DNA of 64,000 nt from Octopus sinensis (lineage: Eukaryota), in assembly GCF_006345805.1 (NCBI RefSeq), contig NC_043003.1, forward strand, positions 60,016,001 through 60,080,000. The letters run 5' to 3'. The position numbers were made by a program, and so were the translations under genes. Shown here one piece after another: positions 1-12,994 of the stretch (position 1 is its first letter; the number at the start of each line of letters is the position of its first letter). The notes under the pieces were generated by a model. It was not told the origin of the DNA, searched no databases, and saw only the letters and a program-made list of their open reading frames with translations.

Positions 1-972
1 TCCGAAGATATTCTGCGTATTATGTATCAACGAATGTCGAATGATATGTGTGTGTGATTCTATTTAAAGTATTTCAGTTTCTTAAGCGAGTAGTTTGTAA
101 GTGGAAGTTTTAATACATGTGCGTTGATGAATAAATTTTTGTGAACGTATTTATATGAATGAATAGTTACTCAAGTATACAGGTTGTGTTGACATGATTC
201 TCATGTTATACATACATGGCATAAGTATATACATGCATATACATACACGTGTGCGTATACATACATATATACATACATACATAAATACATACATACATAT
301 ATGTATATATTTATATATAGTAAGCATTTTTGTTTACCCCCGAACAAAAAGATATTCTCAATTCTTATAAATCTCAACCTTAATTCTTGTATCGTTACTT
401 CGAGTTCTACATTGCCGATTATTCGAACGATTGGAGTAAGAAAGCAGCGTGAGGTATTTGAAGGAAAATATTAACAAACACCGTATCTTGCGTGTATTTT
501 ACACATATAGTACTGAAAATATGAAAATGTCACGTGTATGTGAATTGGTGTATACATCACGTGGTCTCTTTGTATGATAGTTAAATGTATGAATATCTTA
601 TGTAAATGCTAGTGTTTACTCTGTCGATCAGTCAAATATCGATGATTACGTGATATATTTATCTATTCACTTGCAAACGTACTTGATATATCGGTGTGTG
701 CCAAACTCGAGAGCAAGGAATGTGTTTAAGAATAGTTGTATTCGTATATCGTCATGCACTGTCTCTAATTCAATAAACTGAATAAGCTTTATGTAACTAG
801 GAGTTAGGTTTTCAAATAATTTGCATACTTATATATTTATTATAAACGACCACTGAAGCATCGAGTGACATATTTTTAAAACTTAAGACAATCTCGAACG
901 TAAGAAAAAAGAGTTGTTTTCACAGCTATTCGCCTACGTTCGAGATATTCTCAATTTCTAAAAATTATATAC

Positions 973-974
<2 letters not shown>

Positions 975-1064
<90 letters not shown>

Positions 1065-1154
1065 ATATGCTTCTCTCTCTGTCTCTCTCTCTCTCTCTAC
1101 ACATACACACACATATATAAAGAAATATATATAGAGAGAGAGGGAAAGAGAACC

Positions 1155-1189
<35 letters not shown>

Positions 1190-1190
1190 G
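975..1190. repeat. Compound microsatellite (ATCT)n, (CT)n, (GACA)n
   Basis: Directly visible tandem tetra- and dinucleotide runs. Confidence 0.95.
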
Positions 1191-1464
1191 AGTATGTTTG
1201 CATTAAAGATTATTTATTGTCACAAATCACAGCTCCAAGTTTAAACTACTTTTCCCATATCACATAAACCAGTTCAGCTCAAGCATCGTAGTTCTGTTCA
1301 AGCATCGTACGCACACATTTACAGTAGCGTACACACCTAATCCGTTATGTATTATCTCTAAAAATATAGTTCTTATTTTATTTGGAATTTCTATCCTACA
1401 ATAAGAATAAACTGTAACTGAAGAAAACAATATGCATTTTGTCCCCCTCAATTTCATATTAATA

Positions 1465-1470
1465 TATATA

Positions 1471-1515
<45 letters not shown>

Positions 1516-1547
1516 TGAGATAGATAGATAGATAGATAGATAGATAT

Positions 1548-1604
<57 letters not shown>

Positions 1605-1610
1605 CAGATA
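1465..1610. repeat. (TA)n + (GATA)n microsatellite
   Basis: Directly visible; explains ORF 1459..1641. Confidence 0.95.
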
Positions 1611-2366
1611 GGGCTTTATATATCGGTATGTTGTTCCTCAAAATTCTGAAGATAATTTGTATTTTGCCATGTTAAAATACCCGGTATTCCCGTCTGAAAC
1701 TCTACTTTTTAAACATTCTAATCTCTCTCTCTCCCCCTCTCTCTCTTTCTTTCTCTCTCTCTCCCCTTTCTGTCTCACACTACTCTCACTCGTTCTTTCT
1801 CTTCCCCCCTCTATCACTCACTCTCTCACACTATTCTCTTTCTTTTTCTTTTTCTTTTTTCACTACTTACATAAATACTCCGGTTTGGTTTTCCCCTGCC
1901 TTAACATACTCTACACTACATTACAACAACAGCAATAGCTCATTTATGCAGCAAAATCAATAAAATATGGATATGATTCATGGATTTCCTACTGCTAAAC
2001 ATATTCCTTTCAGAATGGCATTTTTTTTTTCTAATATTTAAAAATATCCTTCACTAGTAGGTGGTATTTCTGATTTCCATTCTTATTGTTGGTGAGCTAT
2101 GGTTAAGGATAATGATTTTTTTATTAAGTGAGTATTTGTTGGTGTTTGGAATATTTCAATGCTGCAGGAACGGATAAATTTACGTCAGATTACGTTGCGT
2201 TTAGCGTTTATTTTTATACTCATTCTTCGTTATTTATTTAGTTATTTCATTTTTATCTCATTTTCTAATGTGAAATATTTTGCTTTTCTTTGCTTATAAG
2301 AAAGATTGGTTCACCGTTTTTAAAACAAATTCATTATGTATAATCAAATTAATTCGGGATAATCTA

Positions 2367-2510
2367 TGTTAGCTGGCAAAGAGGCAGAGTCGTTAGACAT
2401 AAGCCAACTTGTTTTCTGCAAGGTGTTCCGGCTGTTTCTAATTTGTATTCAAACACCACCGAGCTCAACTTTGTTTCCCTGCCTTTTGGGTCGATAAAAT
2501 AAAGTACCCA
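2367..2510 (+). mobile_element. tRNA-type SINE family B, degraded
   Basis: Resembles better copies at 18285 and 39013 (gcagaatcgttag head; caactttg..cctt.ggggtcgataaaataagtacc body). Confidence 0.6.
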
Positions 2511-2937
2511 GCGGTTCGGATGGGTGGTGGTTAGTAGATTTAGTGTGATGACTAGTTTAAAAAAATACTTAGATGCCTTCAGCGAAGTTCACTCTGTTGT
2601 GAGCATTGCGCAAGTTTCTCGGAGACCCTGAAGATAGAGTCGTGTAAGTTACCCTTTCCTCGCTAAAACCATCATGACTTCTAATCACACCAGCAAAATG
2701 CTCCAGTGTTCAATGTTTACTTAAAGTACCCTACTTTCATAAAAAAATATATACTGTGTTCAATACTGTTCAAGCATGGAAAACATGTGGAAACACATTG
2801 CGTTTCTTAAAGATATTTTTTCTCTCTCAACTCTTTGCTATGATTTGATCTCAAGCTGTTCACGCTTCTACGTTTACTTCTTTTCTCCCACATCCTCCCA
2901 TGATCCACTTCCGCCACCGCTCCTCTCCCTTTTCCCT

Positions 2938-3031
2938 CTTCTTCTTCTTCTTCTTCTTCTTCTTCTTCTTCTTCTTCTTCTTCTTCTTCTTCTTCTTCTT
3001 CTTTCTTCTTCTTCTTCTTCTTCTTCTTTTC

Positions 3032-3063
<32 letters not shown>

Positions 3064-3250
3064 CTTCTTCTTCTTCTTCTTCTTCTTTGTTCTCTTCTTC
3101 TTCTTCTTCTTTTTCGTTTTCTTCTTTTTCTTGTTTTCTTCTTCTTCGTTTTCTTCTTTGTTTTTCTTTTTCTTCTTCTTCTTCTTCTTCATCATCTTCT
3201 TCTTCTTCTTCTTCTTCTTCTTCTTCTCACCACCACCACCACCACTACCT
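2938..3250. repeat. (CTT)n polypyrimidine tract ending in (CAC)n
   Basis: About 290 bp of nearly pure C/T on the + strand. Confidence 0.95.
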
Positions 3251-3864
3251 CCTCCTTTGTAGGCCATCAAAAAGCAGACCACGTCAAGTGTTTTAAGTGT
3301 ACATGTCGGTGTGTGCCTGCTTATGGTTGTGCGTCCGTACGTACGTGCATACGTGTATGAGTGTGCACACATTCATGCGTGTATGCGTGTATGTGCGTGT
3401 GCGTATGTGTGTATACGTACGTGTATGTGAGTGTTGTTTACTTTACTAAACGTTTTCTTGTCACCAGATTCTCATCAGTGATGTTGGTGTCTGTCAGGAA
3501 GAAAGCATTTCTTAAACAGCAAATTACATTTGCCATAGCTTAGATCCCTTTTTACCATCGCCATCCTTGTTAGCTGATCAAAGAGAATAGCCGTATCACG
3601 CCTGCAGACCGGAGATAGACTCACTGTTCAATCACTTGCACTGACCGAGCGGTAATTAGAATAAATACACACATTAGTGACGAAAGAGTAGCCAGTCACC
3701 CTTTTTTTCTTCATGTTCTTTTTCATATTACACCATAATCCCTACCATCGTTTTAGCAGTCTTTACAAGATTCACCATTATCCCGCTTCCATCTTAAGAT
3801 TCTTTTTTTAGTTTGTTTCAGTTCAAGAAGAAAGAAATGATAAAAATCACAGACACACACTTTG

Positions 3865-3960
<96 letters not shown>

Positions 3961-4134
3961 GTGTATGTATGTATGTATGTATGTATGTAGTATACACGAG
4001 ACACATACACTGATGTATACAAATTAACGCACACTTTGAGACTGGTTTACAAATCTAAAGTTCTATAACAGAAAAACGCATGGCTGTATATATGTATCAA
4101 TGTATGCATGTCCGTAAGTACTCATATATACGCA

Positions 4135-4193
<59 letters not shown>

Positions 4194-5237
4194 GACTATA
4201 TCTATGTCTCTCTCTCTCTCTCTATATATATATAGAGAGAGAGAGAGACAGACAGACAGATATATTCACAGAAAATATGGAAGGCTCACACAAAGATCAC
4301 AACCAGGATATAATAAACAAATAAACAAACAAATATATAGGTGTGTGTGTGTATTTGAGTGTGTGAGTGTGTGTGTGTGTGTGTGTGTTTGTGTGTGTTT
4401 TTGCTTGGCTATACCCCGATAGAAATAAATGCATAAACACATACACGAGTATATTACGCACACAAACACAAACACATACATAACGCAAACATACAGTAAT
4501 AGACACAGCGATGTGCGCGTGCACACCCTCATACACATTCAGACACACACACACACACTCACACACTCTCGCGCCCCCACTGACTCTAATTGTGCCACTC
4601 TAGTGCATTCAGTCATACATAACACACCGGATTTGTCAAGTTTCTTTATACTTTTGCGAGATCACTTACTTCTTTTCTAGCCTATTAACTGATCACATGC
4701 ATTGTCTCGTCACTATTAACAACTCCGTGTCGTACATGAAATACGCATTTTCTAACTCCACCACCTCCTCATCACCACTCGCCGCCAATACATATACATA
4801 CACACTAAAACCATAATAAAATAGCCGATCTCATTCCCCTTCCTCTCCTAACTGATGGCCACTCAGGCACCTTACTTTCGAGCCTTTGAGTACGATCATC
4901 TTGCTTTTCACACTTATCTGACGTTTACCTTTCGTACTTGACCTTTCGCACTGCAAATTTTCTACTTTCTTCTTGTACAGAAATAAAACCTTTATCGCTG
5001 TATTTCTGGAAAGTCATTTTGGTAATAAAGTTACACGCCATGTTTGTATTTCATATCGTTATTACTCATTAAAAACTTCTACGCGCGTTTTTAATTGAAA
5101 ATTAACTTCTAAAAATATTGTAATATCATACAAAGTGACGACTTCCATGTTTCTTCCTTTTCATAAGCCTTATGGAAAGTCTTCCTCCTGTGAGCAAGTC
5201 CTTATAAATAAAATGTTAGGAAATACAGTTCATCCCT

Positions 5238-5397
5238 TACTTGTTTCGGTCATTGGATTGCGACCAAGTTGGGGCACCACGCTGAAGAGTTGTAATGTAA
5301 AAAAATCAATACAATTATTTTTAAAACGAACAATTATCGGTAAAGCTCTTAATGGAGGTCGGGTACAAACACCAATACGAAGACACACGCACATAGA

Positions 5398-5470
<73 letters not shown>

Positions 5471-5570
5471 CTACTGACCAGATTCGCTCGCCACGATTTG
5501 TTGGGCCCCTACTATAATTGAAGGCACTTTTCCAGAGAGCCGTGCCGTGGGGCTATACCCGAAACTACGT
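5238..5570 (-). mobile_element. Bipartite SINE family A, degraded
   Basis: ttgtttcggtcattgg.. (reverse complement of the 3' module), internal (TA)n(TG)n, then a reverse-complement head remnant. Confidence 0.55.
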
Positions 5571-5969
5571 AGATATAAAGCAAGTGTCTTATCCACACAG
5601 CCACACTTGCGCTTGTCAGGTGAATGTAAACAAACGGTGCAAGCATTTCCCTTCAAACCAAACTAGACACGAACAGAACTGTGCTTCCTATCCTGGGGTT
5701 CACAAATAAAGTATTGGAAGATCTTGAGTTTCGTTTCAGGAGATCGACCATAGACATTCCTGAGAGACACACGGGAAAATAATTTCAGTATAAGAGATCC
5801 TTTGTAGTAGAAATGTTAGAAAACATTGGTGTAGAAGATGGAATCACCTCGTGGTTGACTTTGCTTTTTATCCGTTCATGAAACTGAATACCCGTTATGA
5901 ACTGGAGTCGACACCTGATTTTGCAGTACCTGCTAAAATTGTGGACTTAAGCTAGAATCTATTGCTGCA

Positions 5970-5993
5970 TCTACAACAACAGCAGCAACAACA

Positions 5994-6034
<41 letters not shown>

Positions 6035-6065
6035 CACAACCACCACCACCACCACCACCACCACC

Positions 6066-6148
<83 letters not shown>

Positions 6149-6152
6149 AGCT
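5970..6152. repeat. Compound trinucleotide microsatellite (CAA)/(CTA)/(CCA)
   Basis: Directly visible. Confidence 0.95.
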
Positions 6153-6448
6153 GATGCTGCCATATACATTTATTAGAAAGCATGTTTAATAGTTCATTTG
6201 TACGGTTAAAATACAAATAAATTTTCAAAATAAAAACATATAGAAGATATTGCAAAAATACTTAAGTATTTTTGAATTATTGGATTTATCGTGAAATCTG
6301 AGATTCTTCATACATACCTACATACATAGAGATATCTATATATATCTCTATATATATATAAATACGCATGCACTACATTTCCACACACACAAACGCACAC
6401 ATATACAGGTTATAAGCTATATGAAAGTAAGCCTGTGTGCGTATATAT

Positions 6449-6525
<77 letters not shown>

Positions 6526-8195
6526 CATAAACACGTACACATGTTCACACACACACACACATATACATACATATATACCTACGTACTCATCTACCTTATG
6601 CTCAGTATGTGTGTTTATATATATATAGATGATGTCAAAAAAAAAAAAGGAGAAAGCAAACACGCTCACTTAGCTTGTGTTGCTTTATCGCGCAATCTTT
6701 AAATTATCCCTATTGTCTTCCATTGTCTTATTTCGTCTGAAATATTTCGAATCACGTTAGCTTCTTCTTTACTATCTATCTTCTGCATTTCTCTTTTAGA
6801 AATCAATTTTTACTTTTTCCACAATTTTGCTTCCTATCCTCTTTTTAAATTGCAGTTCAACGATTTCTTATTACTGCTTTTTTTTTTTGTTGTTGTTAAC
6901 AAATTTAATTCTTTACTTTTTTTTTATTAATTTTATTTTTGTGAAATTTCAATTTACTGTAAGTCGAGTAATAGCCACCACCACCAGAAACATATGTAAT
7001 CGTTTTGCTAATCATGTAATAAGCAGGATAGCTTCCTCAGCTATTGTTTAAATGATTGCTCATATTTGAAATGACAGCCACGGGATTACTTAGAGATGCT
7101 GCTGTCGAAAACAAAGATGACTGCTTCACTTCATGCAAAATCAAGTCGGCTATTATCAATGTTAGAACACCGCCGCCATCTTTTTCTAGTCTCTTAGCGC
7201 CTAGCTCGTTTTATAGCAGCGGTCCTTTTAATGATTAAAACGTGTCGGAAATGAATGCTATTGTCGTGGAAGCGCTTTGATATCGTCTTATGCATAAAGC
7301 CCGCGCTTAATTGTTGAGTGGGGTCGCTAAAGAAAATTGAACAACAACAAAGGTTAGAGTTTGGCTCAAATATGTTTCACCTCCGTCAAACCTACATCAT
7401 TAGCTACATCTTATTTCTTATGAGATTAAAGTCAACAATTAAAACTACACCGATATCGAGAGCACATCGTGTTTTCATCTTCTAAAATATTTTCCTGCAT
7501 GCACGCTAAATGAGCACAAGGAGAAATTTTGAAATATTATAGCGATACCAATGTTTTATATGTTTGTTTATTTCACCACTTCTGTTTCATGTATTTTACG
7601 TAGGCATGCAATTATATGTTTAAACAACATACTATAATTGCAGCAATGCTTTGCTTTTTAACCGGCATTCAGACACAAATCAAATGTCGGATATTAATAT
7701 TGATTTGCATGAAATTGTGAGCAAAAGTTTTCATATATAAACTACATCTTCATGCATCCCCAAACTATTTACAATAAATATTATCAAACATTACTTATCA
7801 AAAAAAGGTACTACACAATAAACTATTATTAATTGGAGCCTATCAAATAAGGTCTATGCGTTGAAGGAAATACAACTTAAATTTCTCTCTAGTAATTGCT
7901 TTTAGTATTTTATGCAAAGATAGAAGATATTACTTGATATATTCCTTCGAGGAAGGGTGTTCGCAACTGGAGTGGCTTTGATCGAGAAACTATGTGGTCA
8001 AAGTTAGTTGACCTAGGGCAAAAAAATAAGACCAACAAAAATCCTTATTCTTAGTAAGGGAAAGAAAGAGTGTGCGTTTGTAAAAGCATATACACATTAA
8101 CATGTATATCTATGTGTTTATATATATATGTATATATACCTGAGTAGAGAAATATATATATATATATATACATCGAGATAGATAGATAGATAGAC

Positions 8196-8300
<105 letters not shown>

Positions 8301-8854
8301 TATAGATATACACCTGCATACAGACATGAACATCATTCATTTCAATGAATGTTTTCTTGCATTCTCTCTTGGTAGCTCATGCGGTGACATTGAGTGTTCA
8401 ACCAAGGTACCGGACACTCGCTGAGTTATTCTAATGCACATGAGAAATTTAGACGGACATAGAAGGCAGGAAAACGTTGTAACATATGCCTCAGTATATT
8501 CTGTCACATACTCCGACAACACCGCCATTTTGATACCCTTAACAAGCATCGGCCCATGTCTTTATAGATGCTTTTATACATATATATTTGTACATAACTA
8601 TCATAATGTGCGTATGCGTGTCTGTATACATATATATTTGTGCACCCTCCTTCGTTTTATACATATAAATAAATGGGAACCTCCTTTCGAAGATGAGGTG
8701 TGAGTGTTCAATCTTTTTGTGAACGGCCTGCACAAATGATCTTTTTAAATTGATCATATGTACCTGCTATACAATAGCTCACTTTTACTATCTAATCGAC
8801 ATTGTACAGGCGTGTTAGTGTGCCACACGATAGATAACGATGTGATCGGAGAGC

Positions 8855-8960
8855 AAGATCAAAGTGCGTGTTTTGCTCAAGAATACATCGCACTGCCAGG
8901 TCTGGGCATCGAACCTACGATCGTGTGTGCAACACCTGAATCAGTAGGCCATGCGTCTTC
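8855..8960 (-). mobile_element. tRNA-type SINE family C head, degraded
   Basis: gtgttttgctcaagaatacatcgc...ggcatcgaacc matches the reverse complement of the head of the 52444 copy. Confidence 0.6.
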
Positions 8961-10092
8961 ACACACACTCATACATATTTTTACACACACACGCACACAC
9001 ACATATGTATATGTACATATATATGCACTCGTGCACATATAGACACACGCATAGGTTGATAATATTCATTCAGATATCTTCTTGCTGCTCAATCATTAAA
9101 GGTTCTGTTCAGATAACATAGCTATTTTGTAATGAAAATGGTGCTAAAAATACATAGTTTTAATGGTCTATCATGTAAAAATATTTTGGAATTTGGTATT
9201 TGAAATCCATTGGAAAAAGAACCTAACAACAATATAAAACGAAACAAATTACAAAATAAAAAAAAATTATCGAAACAAAAAAAAAATAAGGTCTGTATAA
9301 TATTCTCAATTGTATTAATATATGTTCGGCGAATAACGTCTGCTTAAGTAGTTCGCTTTTGACCCTGGCTCATGAGTGCTCTGCATTTTCCAGTTTTTCC
9401 TTGTTATTCCATGCGAATGCCTGATTGAGCTTTGCAAATCATCGCCTTCCTCTGCCAACTCTACCATCCTTTCACACTATTCCTGGTTTATGACACTTAA
9501 TTGCATGAGCGTTGTTTCTGTAGTAATGGCTGCCTGTTGTCACTGCAAATGGCGACCAGTCATTGTCTCTGAGTGGATTATTTTAATGGTTGTTCAGTGG
9601 AGCGATGCTACTCCACTCTAGCTAGTTGTCACTCAACGCGAAAATCTCACTATAATGCTAGGTAATCAACCATTGAAAATCATTGATGCATGCAGTACTT
9701 ACCTGGACAGAGTGCAGAAAATGTCACCTGCCGCTCTTACACGAGCCAGCCAATGATTCGGCAATACAACGAAGCGGCGAGATGGGAAATTGAAGACGAG
9801 GAAATCAAAAAGTACAACTTAGAGATTAGAGCATAGATTGTTAGAACAATCTGTCAAGAAAATAGTGTGAATGGATCTGATATGTCAACAAGCTGCGAGA
9901 CTAGCTATTCTTGAACATAAAGAACAACGCGTACATGGCTAAGTGTGGTTGATGTGTGTTAGTTATTTGCTCCGACGGCATATTGTTTGCATTTAATAAC
10001 GCATGCAAATTGCTGCGCAGAAGAAAAATCTTAATCCGATGCAGTAAATAAGCTAATAATACAATTGAAACAGATAAGTTCATGACACTACG

Positions 10093-10128
<36 letters not shown>

Positions 10129-10256
10129 CAATTGTGTATATGATATAGAAGAAAGGCGACAATATGAGATTTAGATTTAAATGATGATGATGAGGAGGAG
10201 AAGGAGGAGGAAGAGGAGGAGGATGATGATGATAATATTGATAATAATAATAAATA

Positions 10257-10370
10257 TTTTAAATTTTGGTACAAGGCCAGCAATTTTAGTGGCAGTGGAT
10301 TCGTCGATTACATTGACACTAGTACTAAGCTGGTACTATATTTTTGCGACACCGAAAGGTCGACTTTGAA
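10257..10370 (-). mobile_element. SINE family B 3' fragment next to (AAT)n
   Basis: aattttggtacaaggccagcaatttt...cgattacattgac...ggtacta is the reverse complement of the family B tail. Confidence 0.7.
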
Positions 10371-10439
<69 letters not shown>

Positions 10440-11983
10440 TTAAAGTAAATTTTGAAAGTGAAACTATCAACATTGCAAAGTATCAAATAATCGCGGCTGC
10501 CTTCTGTTTCATTATAAACATATTTATGAGCGGCTTATTAATCAGAAGAATTATGCCTCAATAAAATAAATACCTTTTTCCAAGGCATTACATAATTTGT
10601 CACCATCAACAATATTTATTATGAAATAGTCAACGATGTTATATAAAGATCTACATGCTAGCTTCCATTTTAATCAGAGTTCGCAAATATATCATTCTGA
10701 AAATAAATCTGTAATCAGGAATTGTCAAATGTGATATTTATATGCACATTCATTCACTGACTGTTGTCCAAAGATCCAGAGATCAATTATTGTGATATAA
10801 GTACCCACATGCTATTTGTTGCATCATATATGTCTATATGTTAGACGTTACGTGTACGTTTTCGCTAAACTTGGCCCTTTCCTTTAGATATGTGTTTTAT
10901 GCGTTTAAATTAAAACACTTCCTGTTGCATAATAAAATAGTTTTCTTGTGAAGGAAGCCGCCTTTGTTGAACAGAATATTTATGAGGAAAACACAAATCA
11001 CCTTCTTGATAGCGTATAAAACCGAAACAGTATATTCTTTATCTAAATGCGTTTCGTGTCTGCTGTGAAGATTTATTTGATTTACTCGGTCAAACAGATT
11101 TTCTATATAACTTATTCAAGTTCCAATCGTTACTATTAGTTTCTTTTTACTTTTATATATTCATGAAACATCATTACATCTAACAGCTATCTTCTAAGGT
11201 TAATTCCAATACATTTTCCAAATTGTATTCAGTGATAAATAGCTGCTTACATTTTCCTGAATTAACCGGAGAAATTAGTTTTGAAACGTAAAAGAGAATT
11301 CCTAAATATATTGGTTACTAAGGTCACTCAAACGTCAGTTCTAGTCTTGCAACAAACAATTTATGTTCCTCTAAATAATAAAGAAAAAGTTTTACTTTTC
11401 CTTTGAGTATTTTCTTCATTTTCAAAAGTCACTTTCTCTAACCTTGGCGTATAAAAGCTGTAATTCATGCGGTTGGTGTTATAAATTACTGAAGACTTAA
11501 CTGCTGGCTGTAACTAATCCTCGTGTAATGCCACCGTAGGTGGGCCTTTTAACGAGAGCTTTTGTCATAAAACACATCATTTATGCATTACTACACGACG
11601 GGAATAAAACAATAATAACAAAAGAGAAAAGAACGAAACGTAAAGAAAGGAAAGAATTACATAAGCCATTGAAATTAGTGATTAAAAAACACTTCCATTT
11701 AATTGTCATGCTAAATTATCAAGGAAGAATAATCAAATCGATATGCTTATATTCTCAATCTGAGTTGTTCTTTTTGTGATCATGTTACTGGTCGTCAGTT
11801 AGCGGAAGGAATATTATTGGAGATTTATACTTCATAGAGAGAAGATATAATATGCACACACAGACACACAGATACAGACACATACACACGCGCACACACG
11901 TATGTATACTATAAATGGTTAGATGCATAAGAAGATAGGTAAGTAGACAGGTGGATCTACAAAAATATTAATATTAATAAAAT

Positions 11984-12412
11984 TAGGAGTGGCTGTATGG
12001 TAAGTAACTTGCTTACGAATGTCATGGTTCTGGGTACAGTCCCGCTGCATGGCACCTTGGGCAAGTGTCTTCTACTAGAGCCTCGGGCCGATCAAAGCCT
12101 TGTGAGTGGATTTGGTGGACGGAAACTGAAAGAAGCCCGTCGTATATATGTATATATATGTATATATATGTATATACATATATGTGTGTATGTGTGTGTA
12201 TATGATTGTTTGTGTGTCTGTGTTTGTCCCCCCAACATCGCTTGACAACCGATGGTGGTGTGTTTACGTCCACGTAACTTAGCGGTTCGGCAAAAGTGTC
12301 CGATAGAATAAGTACTAGGCATCCAAAGAATAAGTCCTGGGAGTCGATTTGCTCGACTAAAGGCGGTGCTCCAGCATGGCCACCGTCAAATGACTGAAAC
12401 AAGTAAAAGAGT
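11984..12412 (+). mobile_element. Bipartite tRNA-type SINE family A, full length, in TFAP2 intron
   Basis: Head taggagtggctgtatggtaag..., body ggcaccttgggcaagtgtcttctact..gcctcgggccga, internal (TA)/(TG) tract, and 3' module ending ggcggtgctccagcatggcc..tcaaatgactgaaacaagtaaaagagt. Same architecture at 44034 and 62034. Confidence 0.9.
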
Positions 12413-12836
12413 GAATATGCAGATAAAGATATTTCTTAATTACTATAAAAATAAATAGCTGAATTAAAATGAAACATTATCTGTCAAAGTAGTTTTGACA
12501 AAAAGAAGGATTTGAAACGAATTTTTTGAACTTCCTTATTTGTCATTTATGCTTTAACAAAATGTTTTCAAATAGGCTCTGTTACACCATGAAATTTCCA
12601 CGTTTCCCGGTATTTAAGAATTAATTCCATAAAATTAATTTACATACTGAGGGGAACATCTAATATTATTTTGAAGTTAAGGAGATCACTCTTAACTGCG
12701 AACAGATATTTTTCAATAACATTGAATTTCATCAACATGTCTAACAAGGTATGCCATCTCTCCCGCTCTTTCGCTCTTTCTCTCTATGTATATTTATTTA
12801 TATGTCTGCCCGTCTGTTTCTCTCTGAGTATATATA

Positions 12837-12994
<158 letters not shown>

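Noticed and set aside
9696-9706. tacttacctgg as a U1 snRNA 5' end
   Set aside because: The downstream sequence does not follow U1; it is better read as a minus-strand donor consensus.
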